From Camelus dromedarius (Eukaryota): a stretch of 64,000 nucleotides of DNA. The position numbers and the translations under genes are program-made. The notes below the pieces were generated by a model, which had not been told where the DNA came from, made no database searches, and saw only the letters and a program-made list of their open reading frames with translations. The stretch is from NCBI RefSeq assembly GCF_036321535.1, contig NC_087437.1, positions 6,324,001-6,388,000 on the forward strand, given 5' to 3'. Shown piece after piece: positions 1-12,475 of this stretch (position 1 is the first letter of the stretch; each line of letters starts with the position of its first letter).

Positions 1-1840
1 TGGAAAAATTTCATCCTTTGTTATGGCTGAGTGGCATTCTAGTGTGTGCATGTGTGTGTGTGTGTGTGTTCCACTGTATATATGCCACATATTTATCCAT
101 TCATCTGCTGATGGACACTTAGATTGCTTCTATGCCTTGGCAATTATAAATAATGCTGTTATGAACATTGGGGTGCAAGTATCTTTTCAAATTAATTAGT
201 GTCTTTGGTTTTTTTGGATACATATATACCCAGAAGTGGAACTGCTGGGTCATATGGTAGTTCTATTTTAGTTTTCTGAGAAACCTCCATATTGTTTTAC
301 ACACCAATTCACATTCCGACTAACAGTGTACGAGGGTTTCTTTTCTCCCAGATCCTCACCAACATTTGTTATTTGTGTTCTTTTTGATGACAGCCATTCT
401 GACTAGTGTGAGACGATATCTCATTGTGGTTTTGATTTACATTTCCTTGATGATTAGTGATGTTGAGCATCTTTTTTTGTGCCTGTTGGCCATCTGCATT
501 TCCTTTTTGGAAAAATGTCTATTCAGTTCTTATGCCATTTTTAAATTGGGTTGTTGGTTGTTTTGATGTTGAGTTGTATGAGCTGTTTATATGTGTTGGA
601 TATTAACCCCTTATCAGTCATATCACTTGCAAATATCTTCTCCTATTCAGTAGATTGTCTTTTCATTCTGTTAATGGTTTCCTTTGCTGTACATAAGCTT
701 TTACATTTAATTAAGCCCCATCTGTTTATTTTTATTTTTGTTTTCTATGCTTTAGGAGATGGGTCCAAAAAATTATTGCTGCAATTTAAGTCAAATAGTG
801 TTCTGCCTATGTTTTCCTCTAGTTTTATAATATTTGGTCTTACATTTAGGTCTTTTATCCATTTTGAGTTTATTTTTGTATATGGTGTTAGAGAATGTTC
901 TATTTTCATTCTTTAACATGTAGCTGTCCAATTTTCCCAGCACCACTTCTTAAAGAAACTATCTTTTCTCCATTGTACATTCTTGTTTCCTTTGTCTTAG
1001 ATTAACTGACCATAAGTATGTGGGTTTATTTTGGGGCTATTCTGTTCCATTTATCTATGTATCTGCTTTTGTGCCAATACCATGCTGTTTTGATTGCTGT
1101 AGCTTTGTAGTATAGTCTGAGGTCATGGAGCATGATTTCTCCAGGTCTGTTCTTTTTTCTCAGGATTGGTTTGGTTATTTGGGGTCTTTTGTGTTTCTAT
1201 ACAAATTTTAAAATTACTTGTTTTATATTTGTGAAAAAATGCCACTGGCATTTTGATAGGGATTGCATTGAATCTGTAGATTGCTTTGAGTAGTATATTC
1301 ATTTTAACAATATTAATTCTTCCAATCCAAGAACATAGTGTATCTTTCCATCTGTCAGTGTCATCTTCAGTTTCTCTCATCACTGTCTTACCATTTTTTG
1401 AGCACAGGCCTTTTATCTCCTTAGGTAGGTTTACTCCTAGTTATTTTATTCTTTTTGATGTGATGTAATGAGGATTGTTTCCTTAATTTCTCTTTCTAAT
1501 AGTCTCTTGTTAATGTACAGAAATGCAACAGATTTCTGTGTATTAATTTTGTATCCCGCAACTTTACCAAATTGATTGATGAGCTCTAGTAATTTTCTGG
1601 TGATGTCTTTAGGAATTTCTGTGTACAGCATTATGTCATTTGCAGTGACAGTTACACTTCTTCCTTTACAATTTGGATTCCTTTTATTTCTTTTTCTTCT
1701 CTGGCTGCTGTAGCTAGGATTTCCAAAACTATTTTGGATAAATGTAGCAAGAATGGACATCCTTGAGTTTTCTTTTTCTTAATGTAAGTTAATGTAAGTG
1801 TTTATCACTTTGAACTTCCCTCTTAGAACTGCTTTAGCTA
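1..1840 (-). mobile_element. LINE-1, 5'-truncated, 3' half of ORF2; continues beyond the window start
   Basis: ORFs 1446-1760 (..KDITRKLLELINQFGKVAGYKINTQKSVAFLY..) and 1123-1383 (..WKDTLCSWIGRINIVKMNILLKAIYRFNAIPIK..) are L1 ORF2 RT and post-RT peptides with frameshifts. 1763-1840 is a more upstream ORF2 piece (IAKAVLRGKF). Confidence 0.97.
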
Positions 1841-2146
1841 TACTGGATTAGGGCTAATTTTTATCTTCTTTTTACTTTTACATATGTACCAAACTTTGTA
1901 ACAAAACATATTACTTTTATATAAAAATACTTGCAATTCATTAAAAGGGTAAAAGTCTTAAAAAAAATGGGAATGAGTACAAGAAGAGACTACTTTGGGA
2001 AAGGGTACATGTTATTCTAAGCTGATATAAAGGACTTTAAAAGTTTAACATATTTTAAGCCAAGAATGATTTGAGAGCATCAGCATGCACATACAACTTA
2101 CACAGACAGAAAGAACAAGAAGAGGATAAAGAAATATACACCTTAC

Positions 2147-2281
2147 TATAAAGGAATGATTCTATCAAGGATTTGTCCTCCTTTTCAATTTTGAGATCTG
2201 AACATAGGTATCACAGATGAACCAAGTAAGTGCTCCAGTGTTTCCCAGCAGTTGCACAGTTCTTTCCAAGTCAACTGACAG
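2147..2281 (-). other. Candidate non-coding exon of a minus-strand host gene
   Basis: Long pyrimidine tract then TAG acceptor (2284-2282); alternative acceptor gives a start at 2328. Donor ATA|GTAAGG. All three frames have stops. Confidence 0.3.
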
Positions 2282-3111
2282 CTAGTAGCGAGAGAAGCAC
2301 AGGAGAGACAGGAGAAAAGGCAGCTTGACTGAGACAGAAAACAAATTGCCTGATTCCATTTATTTTTCCTACAAGTCAATCGTGAACAACCATACAAGTG
2401 ATCTCAAGTATGGCTTTTGAAATTGCAAAGCTGATCCATTACTGAATAGGGAAATTCATTTAGTTATGGGCACCAGCATATATTAAATGAAGTATACAAA
2501 AACAAATGTAATAGAAGAGAGTACAGCATATATTGCAAGTAGCCAGGGCAAGAACTGCTTCAACTTCTGTTTGTTTCATTTGTATATTTATACCTGTGGA
2601 AAATCACTCATAAATGTAAAATTTATTGCTTATTATAGATTGTGGTAAAAAAAAAAGTGAGATGCCTTCAACTGTAAGTTTAATCATTCTAATTTTGCTA
2701 CTCCAACAAATTTAATGAATATCAGGAAGTAGGGAGGTAGGTAGGTAAGAAAGAAAACAAGAGAAGAAAAAAGAAAAGAGCTATGGATACAGTGTTCAGC
2801 AAGAGAAAAGTGCTACAAGTCTGCTGGTGGGAAAACACTTTTGAAGCCCCCATGCAAACTCAGTTAAAAGAGAAAGAAAACAATGAGTTAGCGAAGATTG
2901 GAATCTTCTGGTGGATAGATACAGGAAATGGAAAGAAGCTGATCAGAGAACTCTGAGTAACTGCATTCAAGGGCAACATTATTCCCTGAAAGAGCCTACA
3001 ATGTAAATCAAGCAGAAGTGTATAAACACACATATATAGGTACAAACACACATGCACACACACACAATTTTTTTATACACAAACCTATGCAAGACATTAC
3101 TATAATAAGTG

Positions 3112-3468
3112 TATTATGAAATGAATGTTTATCTCCTCCCTAAAACTCATATGTTGAAATCTTAATTCCTATTTTATGAGGAGTGAGACTCTTGGGAAGG
3201 CTTTAGATCAAGAGGATGCAGCCCTCATGAACGGGATTAGTGCCCTTAAAGAAGAGACCCCAGAGAGCCCTCTCATTCCTGGAACCATGTGAGGATACAG
3301 CAAGAAGACATCCATCTATGAAACAAGTGGGTCCTCAACAGACACCAAATCTGCTGGCACCCTGATCTTAGACCTCCCAGCCTCTGAAACTGTGAAAAAA
3401 TAAATTTCTGTTATTTGTAAGTCACCCTTATGGTATTTTTGTCACAGAGGCCCCAGTAGACTAAGACA
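3112..3468 (+). mobile_element. MaLR solo LTR (MLT1A/MLT1A0-like)
   Basis: Diagnostic 'aaactcatatgttgaaatc', 'gccctcatgaacgggattagtgccctt', 'aataaatttctgtt' and the terminus 'gactaagaca'. Confidence 0.9.
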
Positions 3469-3522
3469 GGTATTAATAGCACTGAATTTTGAAATGCATG
3501 TTTTGAATAAATATATGCTTAC

Positions 3523-3708
3523 CTTTCAGGAAAACTTCACTGATCCACTTATCAAACTGACACGTGAAAATGCATGCTCTTGTTCTGGGGCCCAGACAAC
3601 TGCAGGCTCTAGGCAGCAGAGTTCTCCAGATAAAGTCTTAGTTGGCCGAGAGGGAGCAAAGAAGAATCAAGAACTAGAGGTCGGCTGAGTTCTCCCTCAG
3701 CTGAGCTC
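3523..3708 (-). other. Candidate non-coding (5'-UTR-like) exon, 186 bp
   Basis: Minus strand reads ctctctgtttttccag|GAGCTC...CCTGAAAG|gtaagc. Both splice sites are strong, the sequence is non-repetitive and GC-richer than its flanks, and all three frames have stops. Confidence 0.55.
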
Positions 3709-6439
3709 CTGGAAAAACAGAGAGTACCCAGAAAAATAAAGAAAGAAAATAACTTCAAATATTCCTGTCTCCAAACAAAAGAATCCTAAACCAACACAAA
3801 AACATAAAGAGCAGGCTGAAAAAATTTATGTCATAATATTTTAGGCTCTTAGAGGGCAAATGTTAGCCTACTTCTTAATCACTCTTTCCACCATTTATTT
3901 TATCTCCTGGAAGAAAGAAATTCATTTTATAATACCTACAACAAAAAGCATTATAATACAAAAAAAAAAATCCAAAACTCTTCAACACAAAACAAATCAC
4001 CTGTTACCAGTTTGTTTCATTGAAATGAAATGGAAGTGCTCAAATAAGGAATACACTATTTTCATACACAGTAAAATAATACCAAGTATCAAAATCACAT
4101 AAAGTAAGAAATGGAAATTAGACATTTGAAAACAAATGTGAAAAAAATTCCACTGAAAATGGATTCCAAAGCATTAATAAAACATAAAATTAGAATACAG
4201 ATGTATCAGTGTGGCAAGTAAATATTACTGGTAAATTAAAAATTAATTTCCATAGCTTTTTTTCCTGGAGAAAAAGAAAAACATATATCACCTTTACTAA
4301 TATACTTTAATATACTTTCACAAATTATATCTGACATAGATATATTTCTACATAAAATCTGCAAGAATGAAAACTGAATTTCTTCAATAACCATACAATT
4401 TAAGTAAAGAAACTCTTAATAATAATAAATTACTAAATATATTAGTATCATTCCTTTCTAGATTTCATTCTGTATTAGTTCACTTTACTCACAATAAAGG
4501 ACAACAGCAGTTGGGTAATATAATGTAAAATATAAATCGGAAACACAGAACTGAAAAAAATTATGATAATACATGTAACTGAAACCTACTGGGAGTCAAA
4601 AGAAATTAATTACTTAAAACACATTTTAGTATCACGTGCTACTAAATCAAATAACAAAGTACGATTTCTAAAGACTACAAGTGAGTGTAGCATTGATCTC
4701 TAGACAGATTTCCAGAAACTGTTTTATGTCCCTGTACAAAAAATAGTTCATGTTTTGTTTGTTCGTTTGATAAAGGGAATGATTTATTACATTCTGTTAT
4801 AGCATTTCCTTATTTTAACTTTCAATCTTATCTGAAAAGTTACAAACAACATGTTTCTAAATTATATAATATATGTATGGAAAATATCTAGATATTGTCA
4901 GCAGCTCCTCGGACAGCAATACAGTCACAAGGTTTTTCTGTACAGCTTAACTAAAAATTGCTACACCGCTAAAATAAAGCATGTCTCTATTTCTCAACTT
5001 TCCCCTGTATAAATAAAGACCATTTTTATTCTATGTATGGCCCTTCAGAGTGAAAGCCATTCAAACATCTTTCAACTATTACAACATATGTGTATTTCCT
5101 GAGTGTGGAACACAATACAGACTGTCATACTACTGTGTCAGTACTATTCAGAGAATGACGGCTATTTCTTAAGGTACAACAGTAACCAAAGAAAATGCGA
5201 CACTACCATCAGTGTCCTGAGTAGTTGTAATTTGTTTTGTTTCCAAATACACACTATACAATTTTACATTTCTTCTAACTGCTGGGATCATAATTTAATT
5301 TCTTGTCCTGACAGGACATGTCCAATAAAAGATTTCACTGACATACTATCAAAGAAACCAAGAAAGAAGGAACAAGACTGTGGGAAGAAAGAGGAAACAC
5401 ACAAGACAGTCTGTGCAGTAAGAGTGTATGTAACACCCAGACTTGCTCAGCAATCCACACACAGAAGGAGTGTTTACCACAGTCTCACTGAAAGGATATA
5501 CCAGTTCTTCTTTTAGTTATGCTCTACGGAATTGCATAAACATTGAGAAATCTAGAAATAGACATACACATGCACATATAAAAATTATTGTCAGTGTATA
5601 AGTTACTGCTGCCCTGGGACTGCAATAATTTATGTAACATCTGTTTTCATATTTTTCTAATTTTTTTCCTAATTAACATGCATATTTAACGCATAAATGC
5701 TCAGACCACCTCTTTTTTCTGCTGACTGTGCCTCTTTATTTTTGAAGTTGTGCACTCCTAGGGAGAATACAGGATAGATGGAAACCAAAATCTTATTGAA
5801 AGCACTAATTTTAAAATGTAAACAACAGTACTAAACCAATTTTCAAGAAAATACTACAACCTTAAGAGTTTTCACAAGAACATTTCAATTTGCTAACAAT
5901 AGTCTTAGAGTATAAACTAAGGTCCAAGTACCAAAAAGTAACATAAAAGCACAATTTCAGTATTATATTGATCTTTCCTATTTTTTCTAACTTTTATAAG
6001 TTGAAAACTTTTTATAACATCTATGATTTCCTGTCTTCGTAAATTTTGGTAGCATTTAAAAATTTTTATACCTTAGGCAACTAACATAAAAAAATACATT
6101 CCATGTCGTAAACATCAAGAAGTATGCAACCAACTATATCTTTCTTAAATTGTAAACTTCAAATACTGTCCAGATGCAAGGAAAGGGGAAAGTTTTTACT
6201 CTAAGTCATTCAAGTACAATCAACTTCTAAAAGCCCACCATCTGCACTTAGAAATTCAAAATGCAAAGTACTACTAGTCTTTATTTAAGTAAAATTAGAG
6301 GCCAATCAAACCAATGCTACAATAACAAACATTCCCAAATAACAATGCTAAACACGCCAACACGGTGACTTTGTGTGTACTTACCTCACTTTAGGAATTA
6401 ATCACTTTGTATTGGATTTAATTGCCTAGTTATGTACTT

Positions 6440-7290
6440 TGGTCAGTCATTTAATATTTCTCATCTGCTGCCAGGGCTGTTCTAGGCCTTACAGACACTG
6501 AAATTGGCTCAGCCCTCACAGAACTTACAATTTATTTGGGGAAATAGTCTCCAACAACCACGCGAATACATAATTACAGAGACAAATGCTATTAAAAATA
6601 CGGGAGATATGAGAGATTTCCCGCCATGAGATTTTGTAACCGGAGACTTGACTTAGCCCAGAGGGCAGCAAAGACCTCAAGAAAGACTGTCTGAGACGAG
6701 ATCTGAAAGGGACAGGGAGCATCCCAGAGTGGACCCGTCAAGTGCAAAGGTGTAAAGCAGGTACGAGATAAGCATATAAGGTCAGAAGAGAGGAGCAGGA
6801 GGCCAGGCAGCTGGAGAGGGAGTGCCTATGAAACAAAAGGGGCAGAACAAGTCAATAAGGCAACGTTCCTGAAGGGTTTTAAATAAGGCATGACATTCAA
6901 CTGTATTTTGAGAAAGTATCAAATTTGGCTGAACCATGGAGCGAGGCAGAGGAGGTACAGGCCAGGAGGGAGGTGACAGCAGCGGAGACTAAGGTGATGA
7001 TGGTGCAGGCGAAGATGGAAAGGCAGAAGGAGACTTGGGGGTAACAATCAGCAGAATTCAGTGAAAGGTTAGAGTCTGTGGAGGATGTGGCTGGATACAA
7101 TTCCATCCACTGGGGGAAGGAACCTTAGAAGAAGGGTGCAGGTGTCAGAAGAAAGAGCCCAGGTTTAGAGTTGGACGCGCCAAAGGGTTAGCAGACAGAA
7201 GTGTCCTGAGGCATTTCAGTATGCACATCTGGAGCTACAAGAAGAGTGTGGAGCTTTAAGAAGAGTCTGGGATAGCACCAAATTTAGAAT
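6440..7290 (-). mobile_element. LINE-2 3' region
   Basis: 'tgccagggctgttctaggc...cagccctcacagaacttacaat' followed by a purine-rich body matches the reverse complement of the L2 3' end. Confidence 0.75.
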
Positions 7291-7589
7291 TTACCAGGAT
7301 ATGGGTACTAAAAAAAATAACTGAAGAAAAGAGGCATATATTATTTTCCCAATGGAAAACCCCTTCACATGCCTAGTATCTTCCTGGTGACTAGCTACCA
7401 ACCACATCAGAATAGGAAAACCTATATTTCCTTATCTGATAAATTCATTTATCCTAAAATTGGTCAACTCCATAAGGCATATTTGCCTTGCCTTAAGTTG
7501 CTGAAAAATGGTCATCATTTATTAGACTGCCTACTCTGGGACAGAACTATAAAAATATGCTGAAGCTCTCCAAAAATGTGGTTCAGATG

Positions 7590-7735
7590 ATTAATCCTCA
7601 CAATAACCTTACAATTTTACAATCATCATGCCTGCTCTTAAGACGAGGACATTGAAGTTTGGGAAGGTATAAAGTCACTGGTAAAGCCAGTAAGTGACAA
7701 AGGCACACTTCCAACCCAAGGCGCCCTAAACCCAC
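7590..7735 (-). mobile_element. MIR SINE
   Basis: 'ttaatcctcacaataacc...gacgaggacattgaag' is the antisense MIR core. Confidence 0.65.
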
Positions 7736-7749
7736 AGCTCGCTAAAAAA

Positions 7750-7985
7750 GTATGGCTGAGAGTCTGGGCTTTATGAAAACTGTGAGCCATGTTGTACACC
7801 TGAAACTTACATAACACTGTAAATCAGAAAGAGTCTGGGCTTTAAAATCAAATCAACCTCAGTTCAAATCCTGGTCCCAGAAGACCAGTTAAGCCCTCTT
7901 ATGTTTCCTCACCTATAATTCCTCCCGCGCTAGAAAGCAGTAACGTATTAGGACACATGTGAAGGCTCTGGGCTGGGCATCACCA
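7750..7985 (+). mobile_element. MIR SINE interrupted by a 56-bp L1 3' fragment
   Basis: 'agagtctgggcttt...gttcaaatcctgg...gtttcctcacctataa' are MIR motifs. Confidence 0.7.
7774..7829 (+). mobile_element. Very short L1 3'-terminal insertion with 15-bp TSD
   Basis: 'atgttgtacacctgaaacttacataacactgtaaatca' flanked by identical agagtctgggcttta at 7759-7773 and 7830-7844. Confidence 0.85.
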
Positions 7986-8202
7986 GTAACATGACGTGTT
8001 CCTTCACCACAGGAGCGTCAGCTGAAAGAGGACTTGGAACAAAGCTTGACCCTGGTGGCTCTGGAGAGCTCCCAGCACCGGGCACGGCAGGTCATCAGGA
8101 CAGCCGCCTCAGCTCACCCCTGTTCCTCCTCCACCTCGGGACCAGTAGCTTCCATCAGAAGAGAGGAAGCCAGTGTCCTAATGCTGTCAGCAGAGAATTC
8201 AG

Positions 8203-8350
8203 CAGTGGTTCTATAACTTCGGTGTGCGTAAAAATCACCTGAGAAGCTTCCTAAAATAGAGATTCCTAAGCAGACCCTACCAAAGATTTGGATACAGCAG
8301 TGGGACAACAAACACTTTCCGTTTTCCAGGCAAGCAATTGGTAGATTATT
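8203..8350. mobile_element. hAT-Charlie MITE (MER5B-like)
   Basis: 'cagtggttct...aatcacctgagaagctt...agattcct' is the MER5 5' signature. Confidence 0.65.
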
Positions 8351-9058
8351 TGTTGAACATATATAGTACTTCACTTAGTCCAATTAAGTTATACCCAACT
8401 TAAATATAAAAATTTCAAGTATGTTTTCTGAACAACTATCAAGGTTCCTTTTTCAATAGAAAGAGGGATGATTTTTAAAAAGCAGTTTTAACTATACACA
8501 AAATGTCTCCATCAAATTTGATTTTCCTTAATACAGATTTTACTCTTGTGATGAAAACTAAGTCATTTAGGGATTTACATGTCAAGAGACACAGGAACAT
8601 TTAAGTGAGATGAATGGTTCAGAAGGAAAATTTTATTGCAAAAGTTAACCACTGGTTAAACAAAACATATTGTTGATTAGTAAAGAATCTTAAAAATATA
8701 TAAGAAGGCCTAATACAGTTATAGTTCACTCCTCCCCAAAAGTGAAGAGCTCACATGTAACCCTTAGTGACACCAACGGATGCTAACATATACTGGTACC
8801 AAAGCAGCAATGAAGACAGGAAACATCTACTATATTTCCAGATACTCCAGATCACCTAGAAAATTAAAGTATGCCCATCTTCCCTTCTACATGGACTACA
8901 ACTATCACTGTGGAAGTATGCATTCCAGTCACTGTCCCAGCAGCCCCTCTGACCTGACCTACCAGCAAGGCACACTGAGTTAGGGCTGCCCCAACAACAT
9001 TCCAGAGCCTGAGAGGTTCTAACAAATCCCAGTACTCCAAACATTCACCCAAGGGTAA

Positions 9059-9208
9059 TTTTTTTTAAAATTGTAATTGACCACTTCTGGGTATATATCT
9101 GGAGGGAACTCTAATTCAAAAAGACACATGCACCCGAATGTTCACAGCAGCACTATATACAATAGCCAAGACATGGAATCAACCTAAATGCCCATCGACA
9201 AATGACCG
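9059..9208 (+). mobile_element. Short L1 fragment (ORF2 C-terminus), possibly a 5'-inverted insertion
   Basis: 'ccacttctgggtatatatc...gacacatgcacccgaatgttcacagcagcacta...aacctaaatgcccatcgaca' preceded by a T-tract. Confidence 0.85.
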
Positions 9209-12200
9209 GGTATTTTCTGAATTTTGAATTTTCTGAATTCAAGGTGGATGCTATTCTTTCAAGGCTTATCTGGGAAACTAAATGTGAGCAGTAAAAAGTT
9301 TAAAGTTTATTACAGACTGTCTCCTTGTATTCCTTTGAATCAAAGAAAATACCCACTCAGGTTTTGTTTTTTTATTTTTTTAGCCCATGATTTATATTGG
9401 AGGCATGATAGAGAAAAGAAAGCTAAGGACAAGAAAAGTTGCTTGAAAAAATACTTTAGTGACAATAACATCAATATTGTATCATGAAACTGATATTTAT
9501 ATGGAATATCTCATTTAATGCTGCCTCACCTACACCACATCCCCCACCAAAACAAACAAAAAACAGCTAAGAAGAACCTAAGGACATTAACTTGCCCATA
9601 GTATATGACATTATTTTCTCTCAAACATGCTCATTTTTCATAAACCATAGTTGGTAGCAAGCTAGATCCCAAGCTACCATGAAGTTCCTGACAAAACAGA
9701 AACAAAAGTATGTATGACAAAAGAAGAGAAAAACTCTTGTGATCTGAGGATTCTATCTTCTAATATTGCTCTTGATGCCAACACAGTCTCTCTTCTCTAC
9801 ACCCTGATTCAATTAGGATCAAGCTCTGATAACAAGTTCAAATTAGCTTCCGAATAAGAAACAGATTAGTCTCAATCACTCTAAATAAACCAGAAGAAGT
9901 TAGGTCATTTCTGAGAGCTGCTTTGGGCACCCAAGAACAGTTCACTCCAGTCTCAAAGACTACTCTAAATGCCCCATGAAAAGTTAGAGAATTTCAGGAA
10001 CTGCGGTTTCCCTAAGCTGCCGATTCAACCTGACTCCAAGAGATGAACAATTCCATCAGCATGTGTTGGGCTCTGCGCATTTCCTGTGGCAGACGTGAGG
10101 CACAGACATCCTTCACAGCACAATAAGGACACAAGCACATTTGCAATTAAAGTATTCCCTTCTTTTCAGTATGCTCCTGTAACTAAGAAAAAATAAATAA
10201 AATTTTTGAAATTATTTTAGATTAAACAGGCTGAAACTTTAAATATTATCCATAATTTTATTTCATATTCTAAATTCTCAGTTCCAGACTTATTAAATTA
10301 TTCCACATCTCATTAACTACTCCTCCTTATGTTATTCCATTTGTTTCAGAGTTCTTTTCTTTTTTTTTTAATCTATTGCCTTTTTGTAACATAACCTGCC
10401 TGTCACCTTTTATCCAACAAACACTGTAATTTATCTTGCTCAAACTGCAAAAGAAAAACTCAACCGCAGTTGATTGCACTGGAGGAAAGCCTATGTAAAG
10501 TAGTCGCTGTCCCAAGTTCTTCCACAATTCTGAGGCAGCTCTGGTTCTCAGAAAACACAGTGCACAAAAGTAATTAAAACCAGAGAGAGAACAGATAAGT
10601 TAGCTCTACAAAGGACTCAATTATTTACCACACATATTTTTTCTGCTCTGTGGCTCGTGACTTTCCCATCACTTACTTTACTACCAAACTACTGTTCCTT
10701 TATTGATCGCACTGCCTATTAGCTCCTTCTCAAAAAGAAATAAAAGAAATCTAAACTGGGTAATGTTGTGAGTCATTAGTAGCATAGAAAAATGGTGGAA
10801 TCAATTATCAGGTACTTAGTGAGGATTTGAGAGGCAATTCCAGTGGTGGGATTGGGTACTAACAACCAAACCAGCACAGCAGCTATAGGAAGAGGACTGA
10901 GAGACAAAACTTGAAAAAATGGTGGTACCTGACACAGAAATGGAAGTAAATTTCCAAGGTTTCTAATTTAGCACTTAGGCAGATTATTTGTGCCATGAAA
11001 GGAATTAAAAAAAAAAAAAGGCAGGAGGAGAAACGGATAAGAAAAACGGTTTATCAAGAGATAAAGCATGTACTGTATGTTTCACTGCATATTTTTGCCT
11101 ACCTCAGTTAACTTGCACCCCTGGAAAAGCTATGTCAAGGACAAAAGAAGTAACAAATAATCTCAATTTTACTTCTGCTCACTTTTGTCACAAGTAATCT
11201 GAATTCACTGACTAAAATGAAGTTAAGAAAATAGATCACACCACTAATTCCACAAGTATTTGAGATTTCATCTTATTTTACAAAGTCTCCTTAGTTGTAA
11301 ACACACTAGTGCAAGTTGAAAAGTATCTCCAATTGATTACTCTCTTTAAAACTGACAACTTGTGGTCTCTGTAATTCATATAATACCTCACTCTGAGCTA
11401 CTTATAGGTACAAATAATCCAGCTGAATTTAAAGATTCCAAGCAATATTATTATTATGGTCTCAATCGCAAAGAAATTATAAAACTAAGAATATTCAAAA
11501 TCCCTTAAGAATAAATGCTCTGTAAGATTAAAAGATTATAACTGATGAAATGAAAAGAGAAAAATCATAAATATAATAAGTACAGTATACCAAAACTTTC
11601 GGTTTATATAAGAATAGGTTACAAAGATTTTTTTTTTTAATTCATGTTTTCTACTTTGGATACTGGAAATTAAGCAAGAACTCTCAAGCAATTGGTTAAC
11701 TACTCTCCAAGGGCAGTAGGCCAAATAAAGCACCCAAATTTTAGGACTTAAAAAGAAAAATGCCCAAAGTCAGTCTTTTAAGAAATGATCCTCAAATTCT
11801 TCTGTGTTCATCTTTACAGTTATTTCTCTCACCCAAGTTACATGAAGGGAAGGGTGACAATTAGCTACCATGCTCCTACAAGGACAGTTTCAATAAGGCT
11901 TGCTGAAGCCTCCAAACAGGCGGTAACTCTGGTACTTTGGAGGACATCCTTCCAGCCCTCTGTACGGGACCACTCCTTGCATGAGTGAGTGAACACTGGG
12001 CCATCTCCAGAGCAGTGTCTGTGGGGGGAAAAACTCTGAAGACTAGGATACTTAATCTAAGACCTTGCTGCTTTTAAAACATGGTGGCCTAATAGTCATT
12101 AAATTACCTCTACCTTTCATTGAAAATTTTTAGGAATGTCCTATTTAAAGACTACCAATATGTAAAATGTGCTTGTATACTAAAACCTGCCCTTCTGAGC

Positions 12201-12299
12201 AATGTCTAATGATATTAATTTCTCAGCCCAGGTTACCTGGGCTGGGTGTCAAGGTGGGAAGAGGATGTCCTCAAAGACTCTTCTCTGTTTTAGAAAATG

Positions 12300-12475
12300 T
12301 CATTGTATTTAATTCTCATAACAGCTCTGTGCAAACATCTTGTTAGTATTCTCTCTCATACAGGTGAAAAAATGTATGCACTGGTAAGCAAATGTATTTA
12401 ATATCGCACAGTTAATAGATGGTATTTAAACTCAGATCTGTGACACTCCACAAGCCATAGCCTTCACACATCATC
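12300..12475 (-). mobile_element. MIR SINE
   Basis: 'ttaattctcataacagctctg...acaggtgaaaaaa...atttaaactcagatctg'. Confidence 0.55.

Noticed and set aside
366..1468. Hydrophobic + strand ORFs (66, 121 and 60 aa) that resemble membrane proteins
   Set aside because: They are the T-rich antisense reading of L1 ORF2.
4299..4318. Short tandem duplications (taatatactt x2; similar ones near 9212 and 36997)
   Set aside because: Ordinary slippage or repair micro-duplications; no spacer-repeat array or CRISPR-like structure.
5304..5318. Inverted repeat tgtcctg-a-caggaca
   Set aside because: 7-bp arms are expected by chance, and there is no extended hairpin to suggest a miRNA or other ncRNA.
5103..5516. 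Longest ORF in the window (137 aa)
   Set aside because: GTG start, no recognisable domain, AT-rich codon usage and no supporting splice signals; consistent with chance.
6379..6430. Perfect minus-strand donor GAG|GTAAGT
   Set aside because: No pyrimidine-rich acceptor upstream; one such motif is expected by chance in 64 kb.
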